A stretch of 63,909 nucleotides of DNA, counting the filler, from Octopus bimaculoides (taxonomy: Eukaryota), in NCBI RefSeq assembly GCF_001194135.2. It is 9 parts of 9 records of this genome, joined end to end, with 100 filler letters (N's around TTAATTAATTAA, not from the genome) between each part and the next. Parts side by side here need not be neighbours in the genome. Positions count along the whole stretch, not along the records: positions 1 to 11,723 come from NC_068986.1; positions 11,824 to 18,300 come from NC_068988.1; 7 more parts are not named here. One strand, written 5' to 3'. Positions 1 to 12,171 of this stretch are shown one piece after another. A program made the translations under genes and the position numbers. Position 1 is the stretch's first letter; each line of letters starts with the position of its first letter. The notes below the pieces were generated by a model. It searched no databases, had not been told where the DNA came from, and saw nothing but the letters and a program-made list of their open reading frames with translations.

Positions 1-48
1 GAATAGAAATGGGAAGTGCACCGGCGCCCGCCGACCGATAGCCCCTAA

Positions 49-287
49 TTAAAGCCTAGCCAGGCTCATGGGCCCGGTTTCCCAGTTTTAATGGCGTATG
101 TGTTCCCCAGCTGGACGGGACGCCAGTCCATCGCAGCGTTACTCATTTTTGCCAGCTGAGTGGACTGGAGCAACGTGAAATGAAGTATTTTGCTCAAGAA
201 CACAACGCGTCGCCCGGTCCAGGAATCGAAACCACAATCTTACGATCATGATGCTGACACCCTAACCACTAAGTCACGCGCCTCCAC
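49..287 (-). mobile_element. tRNA-derived SINE, family C (local label), near full length
   Basis: The reverse strand begins GTGGAGGCGCGTGACTTAGTGGTTAG (A box) and has GGTTTCGATTCC (B box). A body containing GCGATGGACTGGCGTCCCGTCCAG follows. A close second copy lies at 24680-24916. Confidence 0.9.
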
Positions 288-290
288 ATG

Positions 291-325
291 AGCAAACTAC
301 TTACCACACAGCCACTCCTGCGCCT
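291..325 (-). mobile_element. 5' head fragment of SINE family B (local label)
   Basis: The reverse complement AGGCGCAGGAGTGGCTGTGTGGTAAGTAG matches the heads of the copies ending near 23490 and starting near 53943. Confidence 0.75.
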
Positions 326-329
326 GTTG

Positions 330-1720
330 ATGATTTCTGAATAAGATTCCCATTCTGGAAGGTCTGTTGAACATTCTTATCCATTCACTCCATGCAGTAG
401 ACCCTGATACAATAATTCAATTAGCACAGCTGTTCCATGTTTAACTTCACGCCGTGTAGACCATTGTTAGAGCTTCTCTTGAAGTCATCTTCCTTAACGT
501 AGTACAAATCGCTTGTACGACCTCCTTAAGCCGTTTATTGTGCCTCTACGTGACGTCTTTGAGATAATGCCAATTCGCATGATCGTCGGATGTGTTCCAC
601 TGTCTGTCTTAGCAGAACGGACAGAGAGTTATCTCATTTCCTCCAACTTCACTACGTTTGTACTCGGGGGCATGAAATTATACACACACCTGAAGATGGA
701 GTCATATGCATATAACTCCAGCTGAGACATTTTTGGAGTGTACTCTTCCACGTCGTCTATTGTCCCTGTTAGCCCTATTGTCCTTGCTGGACTGACTTCG
801 TTATTCTCCTGTCATCCTTTTCTCTTTTCACTTCCTGTATTACAATGTCTCTCCTTATTTTCCTTTTTGCTTTGCCTGCTACTCCACTGAGCCTAGTCTC
901 TGCCTGTTGGTTAATGTGTATCCGGTTATTTCTCTAAATTCCCCAGTGTTTCTTCTATCGCCTTCCGAACTTAGCATTTTCAACAAGTTCTCAGATTGGG
1001 TTGGATAGATCTCTTAACTTTGTCTCTTGAACCTTCTAGCATACACAAGAGCATTGCTTTTCAAGCCCTGTACTTATCCACGATGGATTTAAGGGTAGAT
1101 TCAGCTTTGCTTTGTGTCAATAGAGACCAGTCTTAATGAGCCCAGTTGGGACACCGAGGCATTTTCATGTTTGTTTATTAATCTTAATCTCAATCATTTT
1201 TGCTGAGCTAGTTCTGATATTATATATCAACAAAAACCAGAGAAGCTTTGTTATAAGCATGATCTGCAGTTAAGCTTTGTATTTGCCTGGATTCAATTCC
1301 CTTTTTTGTATTATTCAAAGAGTCTTTATACCATCTCCGAAAGCTCTTGATGGGTTCTTCTATCACTGTTGGAATCGATTGGTTGGCTACAGTGAACAGA
1401 ACTTTATCTGTTTTCACCTTCCGTAACAAGAGAAACTCATTCTGATGAGGCGGCTGACGCAGCTAACTGTTTCAGAATAGTGTGTCTTATTTTGAGGAAA
1501 ATACAGTAGCATCATCCATAAAGGCTCTTAGACGGGACATTTACCAATTATTACTGCCTTCAAGATAATCTCCATTGACTACAAGAACAATACTGGAGAG
1601 ATGGCTCAGATCATTGCTATGCTGACTTCCACACTGACCAAATCAGTCGTGAAAACCTTTGTAGGGAATAGCATAGAGAGGCTGATAAAATATTTTTTCA
1701 ACCTTTCTTACAAAAAGAAA
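330..1720 (-). mobile_element. Degenerate non-LTR retrotransposon of HERO/NeSL type (RT to zinc-finger region)
   Basis: Minus-strand translation across frameshifts gives AISPVLF.SMEIIL, LRAFMDD and KTDKVLFTVANQSIPTVIEEPIKSFRRWY. It continues with LGVPTGLIKTGLY..LNLPL and ends in a RHNKRL-type segment. These follow the motif order of REL-endonuclease HERO-like elements. Confidence 0.7.
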
Positions 1721-1899
1721 GAGTGACTACTGTTGTCACTGAAGAATTCGTTCTATAAAATTACTGGAATATTGAACCTGTTTCGCTACACATCTCGGTG
1801 TGTTCAAATCCCGTGTTGCTTTTGTTTCACACTGAGATCGATCAAAAAGATAGCTGGTATGCACATGCACACACACACATACGCACGCGCGCCCAGATG

Positions 1900-1911
1900 G
1901 ATAGATAGATT

Positions 1912-1986
<75 letters not shown>
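1900..1986 (+). repeat. (GATA)n microsatellite running into an N gap
   Basis: Directly visible. Confidence 0.98.
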
Positions 1987-2691
1987 NNNNNNNNNNNNNN
2001 NNNNNNNNNNNNNNNNNNNNNNNNNNNNNNNNNNNNNNNNNNNNNNNNNNNNNNNNNNNNNNNNNNNNNNNNNNNNNNNNNNNNNNNNNNNNNNNNNNNN
2101 NNNNNNNNNNNNNNNNNNNNNNNNNNNNNNNNNNNNNNNNNNNNNNNNNNNNNNNNNNNNNNNNNNNNNNNNNNNNNNNNNNNNNNNNNNNNNNNNNNNN
2201 NNNNNNNNNNNNNNNNNNNNNNNNNNNNNNNNNNNNNNNNNNNNNNNNNNNNNNNNNNNNNNNNNNNNNNNNNNNNNNNNNNNNNNNNNNNNNNNNNNNN
2301 NNNNNNNNNNNNNNNNNNNNNNNNNNNNNNNNNNNNNNNNNNNNNNNNNNNNNNNNNNNNNNNNNNNNNNNNNNNNNNNNNNNNNNNNNNNNNNNNNNNN
2401 NNNNNNNNNNNNNNNNNNNNNNNNNNNNNNNNNNNNNNNNNNNNNNNNNNNNNNNNNNNNNNNNNNNNNNNNNNNNNNNNNNNNNNNNNNNNNNNNNNNN
2501 NNNNNNNNNNNNNNNNNNNNNNNNNNNNNNNNNNNNNNNNNNNNNNNNNNNNTATATACATGCATATATATATATATATATGCATATATACACACATACG
2601 CACACATGGACATGTACCTACACATTAAAACATATATTAATAAAATATATATCAATTAAACATTTTGAAGCCAACGTTTTCTTTCCGAACC

Positions 2692-2722
<31 letters not shown>

Positions 2723-3133
2723 TGTATGTATGTTCAAGGAAGCTGATATTTACATAAAAGATACTTAGCACTATACATACAAGGTGCAGATAATTCCATT
2801 CTTTTGTTCAAACTGTTGATGTCTTCAGTCGAAATTCTTAATTTTTCTCTCAAAAACCAAGTCACATTTGTTTTTTTTTTAAGCTAGCGTTCCTCTATGA
2901 TTGCGCCCTATCTACAATCGATCAAGTAATTTTAAATTCGTGAGGACATACCTCACGCAAGAACCATGTAAATATCAAGAAGGCCGTAACACATTTTTCT
3001 CTCAGGGCCGATAACTGAACGTTTGTGCTTGTAAAAACTGTTTTTGAATGTTAGCTCCGTTACCCCCATATGTGTGTGTGTGCATGCGTGTATGTATGTA
3101 TGTATGTATGTATGTATGTATGTACGTACGTAA

Positions 3134-3377
3134 GAGCTTACTTTCAAAACCAGATATATGCATCGGAATAACATTTGAGTAATTGTTTAAAACAACAACT
3201 TGCATATATCTGATTTTGACTGGAAGACTAAAATTCGCCTACTGTCTATATGGCATCTATCCCAGTTCGACTGAAAAAAATTTCACGTGCTTGAAGCTAG
3301 CAGCTTGCAGATTATGTTGCAATGGTTATCATGAAATCGGCCAAATGTGTACTAATGCCGGTTTTGAAAGTAAGCTC
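3134..3377. mobile_element. MITE with ~20 bp terminal inverted repeats, superfamily unassigned
   Basis: GAGCTTACTTTCAAAACCAG at 3134-3153 is the reverse complement of CCGGTTTTGAAAGTAAGCTC at 3358-3377 with one mismatch. There is no clear TSD. Confidence 0.7.
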
Positions 3378-3881
3378 CTCATTATTTGTCCAATAAGTAC
3401 AGCTTCGGTTCTTTTCCAAAGCCATGCTTTTCATTCAGTTATGTCAGACGATTGCAAATTTACTTCTCCAATTCGGGAAGGTTATCAGCATGAGACTATT
3501 CGGTAACATCAATTGACTATTAAGACACTATAATCTCCTAATATAATAATGAGCTTAGTGTTTATATATATATATTCGTCCAAAATCACAGAGTAGGAGT
3601 AGGACGGAGTAGGAGAAAGAGTAGTATAAGTAAAGGGAGAGGAGAGAAAATAGTAATTCAGTGAAGGATAAGTAGTGAGAGTAATAGCCCTGACTGAGAG
3701 AGAGTGAGAGAAAGGAAGTGGCAAAGAGAGCGTCGTGTATCATCTATTTTTCTCCGTCACAACATATGAAAGAGAAAGGAAGGAGTGATAGATGAATATC
3801 GAAGGAAGGGGTGAAAAAAATTAGCGTTTCAGCTCTGTGTGAGTATATGTGTATGTATGTAAAAGGGAGATATGTGAATGC

Positions 3882-3925
<44 letters not shown>

Positions 3926-4561
3926 NNNNNNNNNNNNNNNNNNNNNNNNNNNNNNNNNNNNNNNNNNNNNNNNNNNNNNNNNNNNNNNNNNNNNNNNNNN
4001 NNNNNNNNNNNNNNNNNNNNNNNNNNNNNNNNNNNNNNNNNNNNNNNNNNNNNNNNNNNNNNNNNNNNNNNNNNNNNNNNNNNNNNNNNNNNNNNNNNNN
4101 NNNNNNNNNNNNNNNNNNNNNNNNNNNNNNNNNNNNNNNNNNNNNNNNNNNNNNNNNNNNNNNNNNNNNNNNNNNNNNNNNNNNNNNNNNNNNNNNNNNN
4201 NNNNNNNNNNNNNNNNNNNNNNNNNNNNNNNNNNNNNNNNNNNNNNNNNNNNNNNNNNNNNNNNNNNNNNNNNNNNNNNNNNNNNNNNNNNNNNNNNNNN
4301 NNNNNNNNNNNNNNNNNNNNNNNNNNNNNNNNNNNNNNNNNNNNNNNNNNNNNNNNNNNNNNNNNNNNNNNNNNNNNNNNNNNNNNNNNNNNNNNNNNNN
4401 NNNNNNNNNNNNNNNNNNNNNNNNNNNNNNNNNNNNNNNNNNNNNNNNNNNNNNNNNNNNNNNNNNNNNNNNNNNNNNNNNNNNNNNNNNNNNNNNNNNN
4501 NNNNNNNNNNNNNNNNNNNNNNNNNNNNNNNNNNNNNNNNNNNNNNNNNNNNNNNNNNNNN

Positions 4562-5605
4562 CAGCCCGGTACACCTTGATCTTTGTCACGATGGTGATCC
4601 CCCTCCTTTCCGGACAGTCTTGCTTAACCTGCCGAAGGCAGCGCTTGTCTTGGCGTGTCTGGCGTTGATTTCGTCATCGACGACATTTCTAGAGAGTGTG
4701 CTGTCAAAGTAGGTGAACTTGTCCACCGCGTTCAGTCGCTGCCCGTTGATGGTGATGTTGGGTTCAACGTAGGGCTTGGTTGGAGCTGGCTGATACATTA
4801 CCTCAATCTTTTTTGTATTGATAGTAAGGCCAAAGTTGTTGCAGGCCTCAGAGAACAAGTCAACGCTGTGCTGCATGCTGGACTCAGTGGCAGCATTGAG
4901 AACGCAGTCATCGGCGAGCAGGAGGTCGTTGACGGTGTCTACTGAAACCTTGGTTTTCACTTTGAGTCTCCCGAGGTTGAAGACTGAACCGTCGGACCGG
5001 TACTTGACACCGATGCCTATGTCTGTGTCCCTGAAAGCATCTGTCAGCATGGCTGAGAACATAAGGCTGAACAAGGTGGGAGCAAGGACACATCCTTGTT
5101 TCCTTCCGTTGGAGACAGGGAATGGATCAGAGGTCTCTCTGTTGTCCTGTAACCTTGCCAACATGCCATCGTGCCAACATGCCATCGTGTAGTTGTCTTA
5201 CGATGGTGATGAATTTTCTGGGACATCCATACTTCGCCAAGATTCTCCAAAGACCTTCTCTACTACGGTATCAAAGACCTTGGTCAGGTCGATGTAGGTG
5301 GAGTAGAGATCGAGTAGAGGTCGACATTTCTCCTGCAGCTGTCTAGCAGCAAACACCATGTCGATAGCCTCACGGTCTTTCCGGAAGCCACACTGGAGAC
5401 CTTGCTCTAGGTGTGCAATGAGGCGGTTGAGCAAAACTCTAGCCAGGATCTTGCCTGTGATGGACAGCAGTGAAATTCCGCGACGATCGTCGCAGACCTG
5501 GTGGTTTCCATTTCGCTTATAGAGGTGGATAGTGGAGGAAAATTCACCAGCTGTTTCAGCTCATCTGGATGCACGAGACAGTGCCTCAAGACTTCAGGGA
5601 CGCCT
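4562..5605 (-). mobile_element. RTE-clade (BovB-like) LINE reverse transcriptase fragment, gap-bounded on both sides
   Basis: ORFs 5198-5434 and 4586-5185 contain QCGFRKDREAIDMVFAARQLQEKC, YIDLTKVFDTV, NGRKQGCVLAPTLFSLMFSAML, LLADD and FGLTINTKK. A 16-bp tandem duplication (5158-5189) shifts the frame. Confidence 0.95.
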
Positions 5606-6689
5606 NNNNNNNNNNNNNNNNNNNNNNNNNNNNNNNNNNNNNNNNNNNNNNNNNNNNNNNNNNNNNNNNNNNNNNNNNNNNNNNNNNNNNNNNNNNNNNN
5701 NNNNNNNNNNNNNNNNNNNNNNNNNNNNNNNNNNNNNNNNNNNNNNNNNNNNNNNNNNNNNNNNNNNNNNNNNNNNNNNNNNNNNNNNNNNNNNNNNNNN
5801 NNNNNNAATATCCTGGAAACAGCTATAAAACCAACGCGCTTGGTTTTATAACTGTTCTGAAAACTATTCACAGTCCTGGATTTTTTTTATCTCATTCTAT
5901 TAATTGTGTGTGTGTGTGTGTGTGTGTGCGTGTGTGTGTGTGTGTGTGTCTGTGTGTGCGTGTGTGTGTAGGGAGAGAGAGACACGGAGAGAGAACGAAC
6001 AAGAGACAGAGACAGAGAGAAAAAAGGAGAGAGTTTCGATACACACACCAAAAATTATCTGGAGACTTGTCAAAAGAAATTAATTATTTTTGATTTTTAT
6101 ATTTAGACGTGAAGATAAACCAAAAAACGAATTGGTAAAGTTGTCACAATGTCGAATGGAATGACTTGCAATATTCGTTCCGGCTTTTTACCTTCTCGGA
6201 TCAAATTCTACCGGGCTTGGTTTTATCTTTTTCAGATCCAGGGTCGATAAATAATGAACAAGTCGGGGGCGGTGGATTGGCCGGACAGTTAGAGCGACAA
6301 AGGAGATGGTTTCTGGCTCTTTGCATTCAGAGTTCAGTTTCCTCTTCGTCTAGGGTTCATTCGCCCAACAACAAAATCACCTTGTATAATTAATACATAT
6401 TCAACATGCAACACCATGCGGCTACAAGAAATTATGATTTTCAATGTTGTAGCAGTTGTTGCTATGTAAACTTCGATTATTAATTACCATATTTTACTTT
6501 GAATTATTCCACTCACTACTAACCCCCGACCCCCATTTTGCTTAATTGAACCCACCCACTTTCTATCCGCTATTGGATGAAGCTTCAGTAACTCTACTGC
6601 TTGCCGATGTTTCATCCAGCACTTGACAGAAAACGGGTGGATTCGTAATAGAAATAATTCTATATATCGCAAGGACTTATTAAATTGGG

Positions 6690-7000
6690 AAAATTCTCCA
6701 GTACATCACTGGTACTTAATTTAACTGAATACGTCCCAATATTTGGCTGGAACTTAATTTGACAAACTTCATTCCCTGAGCATTAGTGGCATGTAATTGA
6801 AATAGCCTAATCCCCAGTACAACACTGATATTTAGTTTAATTGGATCGTAACCCTCACTGCATGACTGGTGCTTAATTTAATTGATGGTCTACATCCCAC
6901 TCCCTATATATAAATGGTACTTAATTCGGTTGGACCTTACATGAATGAAGCTTAGACCCTGTATGTAGTTGGTACTGAATTGGAAAATGAACCCTGTCCC
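6690..7000 (-). repeat. Degenerate ~40 bp minisatellite built from the SINE core motif
   Basis: About 6-7 spaced variants of CCCAGTAC...CTGGTACTTAATTTA occur near 6709, 6747, 6786, 6824, 6866, 6915 and 6969. Confidence 0.6.
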
Positions 7001-7029
7001 CCACACTAAACACCACTAGATAAATGTTT

Positions 7030-7109
7030 ATTGAATGTCTGTCACTCAAGCGATTCTGCAAATCTACCGCTCCTTGTGTCATTTGATGACATGCGCTGCT
7101 TTCTCACTC

Positions 7110-7163
<54 letters not shown>

Positions 7164-7400
7164 TCTTTCTAATTTAGGCAAAAAGTCAACAATTTTTGAG
7201 GGGAGATTAATCATTACCCTCGACCCCGGCACTTGACAGGTACTTAATTATATCGAGCCTTGTGAGATAAAAAAAAGAAAAGTTCATCTTGGCAGGATTT
7301 GAACCCAATACATAGAGTAACGAAAAAAATACCATACGCAATTTTTTTTTTTTTTTTTTTTTTTGCGACGCTTTATTGATTCTGCTAGATAGCCAATAAT
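7030..7400 (-). mobile_element. Degenerate family A SINE copies separated by a (TAA)n tract
   Basis: The region contains CTCGACCCCGGCACTTGACAGGTACTTAATT and GGCAGGATTTGAACCC (reverse B box), with (AAT)n at about 7110-7160. Confidence 0.7.
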
Positions 7401-7452
7401 AGCAATGTTGTTAATAATAACAAGCAATGATCTCAGATTCAATTAATTTCAG

Positions 7453-7641
7453 ATGTACTGCATCAAGATTTTCGCATTCAGGAATAGTGACAGAGTAGTG
7501 TTTATCGAGGACAAGGAGAGTGGAATTGGAGGAACTATCAATGTACAACGATTTGTCCCAAGGCGTTCAGTAATAGAAAAACTTTCAGAAAAGACAATAG
7601 ACAGAGCTGTTGCTGAGGCGGAATCATTGTTCGACTTTTAA
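7453..7641 (+). CDS. Candidate last coding exon of an unidentified gene
   Basis: Acceptor-like TTAATTTCAG ends at 7452 (alternative CGCATTCAG near 7480). The frame is open, non-repetitive and normal in composition (..RVVFIEDKESGIGGTINVQRFVPRRSVIEKLSEKTIDRAVAEAESLFDF*). AATAAA follows at 7757. I recognised no homolog. Confidence 0.35.
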   Translation: MYCIKIFAFRNSDRVVFIEDKESGIGGTINVQRFVPRRSVIEKLSEKTIDRAVAEAESLFDF

Positions 7642-9225
7642 AAAAATCGAATGTGTAAAATTTGTCTAACTGATATTTACTTTGCGTTCTTTTCATGCGC
7701 TTCGTTATGATCTGTTATAATAATTGGAGTTGATGTGATTTAGTAACAGGATTCGTAATAAATTAAATGTCTGGCAAACATTATTAAAAGAATTAACAAC
7801 GACAACACAAGCAACAAAACTAGCAACATCAAAAGCCATTGTTTCGTATAATTTGAAGTAATTATTCTTTTACTCTGGGGTTCCAACTGTAAATAATAAA
7901 AATCAGGAGACGCACTATAGAAGTCTTTATTGATTTTTTTCCATTGCTTTTGTTCGTTGGCAACTTTCACCCATTAATATCATCTGAAATCATCATCCAT
8001 TGTGACTTCAATGTTCATAGCTCATGCCTGGAGCCAACGATAGCGTTTCTGCGTAACAGCTCGAATTGTTACAAATAACAGCAAAATCTTTTTTCTTATT
8101 ACATTCTATCCTGTATCTACAACAGTTAATATTCTTATCTTTCCGTATCGGTAAGCAATTCACCGACCCACCAAAAAATTCCACAGTGGTGACTTTTCCC
8201 CCCTCACCGCTTTGAAGCCAACCCATTATTCTTCCAGTGTCAGACAGCTACGATTCCCGCTCTGTTATCCGTGGTGTATTTCAAGGCTCGGTTTTGTTTT
8301 CTAAACTATTTCATCTAAACTCAAATTACTTCTGTACTAGCTATTACTTCTGTACTAGCTATTACTTCTAACCATTCGTTCTACAGCAGACAATGCTACT
8401 TTCAAATTTCTCTCTCGCCTTCTGCACGCAAGCATCATCCACATAACCTAAACATCCCTCTTTCTCTCTAAACAAATACAGATATCATGAGCAAAATCCG
8501 TTTAAAGTAGTCAGACAGGAGAAATAGCTGTATAGAAACAGAGCATAGAGAAAGACCAGAAGAAAGTATAAGCATAGAGAGTAAGGGTGAAAAAAGGGAC
8601 GATGGAAGCAGTTTTTCTGATTTGATAAAAGATGTTTGTAATTGTCTGGTTTCAGTCAGGCATAAGAGTAAAGCAGTAAACTGTCATAGGGATCACGTGA
8701 CCTATGTGTCAATATTCAGATCACAATTAGAATTGGTTAAGTTCTTGTTATAACTAATCAAGATTCTTTGTATATAGGAAAGTGTGCTATTTTAGTATTC
8801 ATATAAGAATAGTTATATATAATACCCGTTAAATTTGTCAAAGAGCGTTGATCAGAGAGAGGTCAAAATTAGTGTTAGTGTTAACAGCTTTCTTTTAAGA
8901 AATTTTAAACTGGGATATTTTTTTAAAAGGTTAGAGTAATATAGATTACGCTACTGTATATTATTTGTTAGAATATTCTTATATAGTTCTAAGATAGCTG
9001 TTTATAAATATTTAAATGCAGGCATGTCCATGAATGTAACTGCATATCTGTATTTATATGTCCAGAAAAACGCATGCAGATGATGCATTCATTTTTCTGT
9101 AGAGATGCATCTATAAAGAGATAACTATACCAAGCCATTCACATGCACATATACAAAGAAATATATACCCTTCTATACAGGTAAATGCATACATAAATAC
9201 ATACCTCCGTAGCCACACAAACACT

Positions 9226-9272
<47 letters not shown>

Positions 9273-9829
9273 NNNNNNNNNNNNNNNNNNNNNNNNNNNN
9301 NNNNNNNNNNNNNNNATGTAAAAAAACATGTGTACGTGTGTATAAATACATACATGCATACATACATATATTTATTTATTTATATTATTTACACATAGTA
9401 TTTATATAACAACCAATTTATTTTACTGAACGTTTCCAGACTGAAAAAACCTTCCAGAAGTAGAGAGGTGAATTAGCAATAATTACACACAGATGAATGA
9501 AAAAGTATAGCAGGAGCTCATTGCCATTGGGGGCCTGAAAGCGTTACATCTGGTTTATAAGTCTCAGAGCTATTGTAAAACAAAATAGAACGAAACTCAT
9601 GGATGAAAGAACACTGTGAAAAAAAAAAGCAGACAGCCAAAACAAAAATAGCAAGAGTAGCCTTTAAACTCATCAGTGTTATATCCTTTCGGTTGATTTT
9701 TTTTAACCAGTGACTTACATGTCAACATATAAGAGGCAAATTGTCCGCTCCACTTTTATGTAATATTTAACAGTATTGATGATGGTACACGCTCCCGTTT
9801 ACTATTAATATTCAAACTTGTGTAAATAG

Positions 9830-10370
9830 TATCTTACTTACAATGGTGGACAAACAATTTCCGCAGTCACGTAAGTACAAGAAAATTTTCAATAGGTACA
9901 CTTTGAGTGTCTCTTTTAGTTGAGCACCCAGTATAAAGAAAATCTTAGAAAATAAGTTCTAATTTAACACAGAGGTAGACTGTTGTGCAGAAATAAAGCT
10001 ACAAGCCCAATAACCGATCAGACTGGACAACGTAAGTTCGGTAATATATGGACATAACTGAACGCCACTTTAAGAATAGGTTCAGTAGTTACAAGTCTTT
10101 GTTTAACGTCCAAGAGAGACGTAACGCCACCACACTAGCAAGAAGTGACAAGTGAAAAAGGATCTGCATAACATAGCATCAATTAAAGACTGTTGGAAAT
10201 GTGCAGACTTTATCTCAACAGTAGTAGGAAGTGCAGAATTTGTTTGGCAAAAAATTCATACTGAAAATTCACTCCAATCAGGGGCCTACCTGAACTCTAA
10301 AAGTGAAACGCTTTCCTCCTGTCTGCATGAACAGAAGTTTATATTAGGCAACTGGTGGGGAACACCCTTA
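9830..10370 (+). mobile_element. Penelope-like element, GIY-YIG endonuclease region, degenerate
   Basis: Across frameshifts it reads VDKQFPQSRKYKKIFNRYTLSVSFS, YMDITERHFKNRF..RRNATTLAR, RKCRICL and YLNSKSETLSSCLHEQKFIL. Confidence 0.8.
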
Positions 10371-10469
10371 GTATAATTAGTGTCGATTAGTATCTCTCTC
10401 ACCATAAATGAAAGGTTAATATCTTCCCATATCCAACACTAACATGTACACACTTATACATGCATTTCG

Positions 10470-10612
10470 TAGACCGGATGGTGCGTTGTGTTCTTGAGTG
10501 AAACACTTCATCTCCGTTGCTCAGCGAGCGCTTCGACACCTGACGCACGGGACACCATGCATCTGTTCAGGCAACGACGAATTGACGAAGGGAGTGAGCT
10601 GATGTACAGCAC
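10470..10612 (+). mobile_element. Partial SINE related to family C
   Basis: GCGTTGTGTTCTTGAGTGAAACACTTCAT matches the family C body. Confidence 0.6.
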
Positions 10613-11678
10613 ATAATACATTTGATCACTGTAAACAAATCATTTGTGCAGGTCGTTCGGCAACTGCTGAACACTCATACGTCGTCTTCGACGGGAAAGT
10701 TCATCATACATGCATATACATTATCACACGTGGTTGTAGAAAACCATCCACTCTTCTCTTCTGTCCCACCCTTCCACCTTTCTCTTGTGCTTCTATCTCT
10801 GTACTCTCTCTCTCTCACTTTTACCCCATCTTCACCTTCCTATCAAATATTACATAAAGCAGGGGTGTACAATTTATATGCTGACATGTAGGCTATTGGT
10901 TAAAAGGGACCAACATAGAGGAGATAACTCTGATGGACGTAAGAGCCATCCTTGGTCTTTTTGCTCTGGATATGTTTCCTTCGACTGTGTTCTTTCATCT
11001 TCAAGTTTTGTTTCGTTTTTCTTTTACAACAGTTCTGGGGTCCATAAAACGAATACGATGCTTTCAGGCCTTCATTATCAAAGATCCCCAGCAATAATTT
11101 TCCGTACAGCCATGTCTGATGAATGGTAATTTTCTTCTCCACTTCTGAAAGGTCTTCAACATGAAACTCTTCGGTAACATAATTTAGCTGTTTTGAAACA
11201 AAAGTATCATATAATCATTATACCCAATCTATTACCTAATATACGAGTACCAGTTTTTACAGGCTTCTGAAAAACTTATCATCTATATAAAACATGCACA
11301 AACAGTTATATATGGCTTCAAAACATTTATGAATATGTCGCATGAATATAAACATAATGAAGACAAAAGATAATCTGTGGGAAGAAACCGCTTGTAGCTT
11401 CAATTAGCTTATATATCATACTTATATGTTACATCAATATTGCCTTTTGCTATGTTTTATTGCATCATTATGTGCAACTGTTTCCATAATGTGCATTATT
11501 GCATCAACAAGGCACTGAATGTTTTGAAACAGCTGTATAGATTACCATGGATTACCTTTAGTCTGAATTATATTATGTTTATATGTCATCTTTATAAATG
11601 TTTTAAAGGATTGTCATGGAGTATCTTCTATCTTAATTATATTTATGTTTATGTAAAATATTTACGAATATTTTGATG

Positions 11679-11723
<45 letters not shown>

Positions 11724-11823
11724 NNNNNNNNNNNNNNNNNNNNNNNNNNNNNNNNNNNNNNNNNNNNTTAATTAATTAANNNNNNNNNNNNNNNNNNNNN
11801 NNNNNNNNNNNNNNNNNNNNNNN
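11724..11823. other. 100-bp placeholder gap: 44 N + TTAATTAATTAA + 44 N (assembly artefact)
   Basis: The same 12-mer sits inside N runs at 11768, 18345, 25529, 41069, 46530, 55568, 61061 and 62613. Confidence 0.95.
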
Positions 11824-11858
<35 letters not shown>

Positions 11859-12171
11859 TTATATTAATGCACACACGCATATGCATGTCTCACTTACTTC
11901 CCACTATCTACTACTCTTCTTAACTCTAACCCAAACTCTCTACATACCTGTTCATGAATGATAAATCAGTAAGAAAAAAAACTATTTAACCTATAGAACT
12001 CAGGGAAACTATTGGAATAACGCTGTGTTCATGTTGATGACAATTATTTTTCTTTTATTATATCAGATGCCAATAGATGATGTTATTATTATTATTTTTA
12101 TTATCATCATTGTTATCAACCTCTTCCTCATCATCGTTATCATTATTATTGTTATTATCATTATTATTATT

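Noticed and set aside
3310-3370. Apparent Cys-rich exon (CCNGYHEIGQMC) with a GTAAGC donor
   Set aside because: It lies inside a MITE and the donor is part of the TIR.
6690-7000. CRISPR-like repeat-spacer pattern
   Set aside because: The repeats are highly degenerate and match the SINE core. The context is eukaryotic and has no cas genes.
7740-7970. Minus-strand ORF with a strong hydrophobic segment
   Set aside because: The hydrophobic stretch comes from a degenerate (AAC)n repeat and has no other support.
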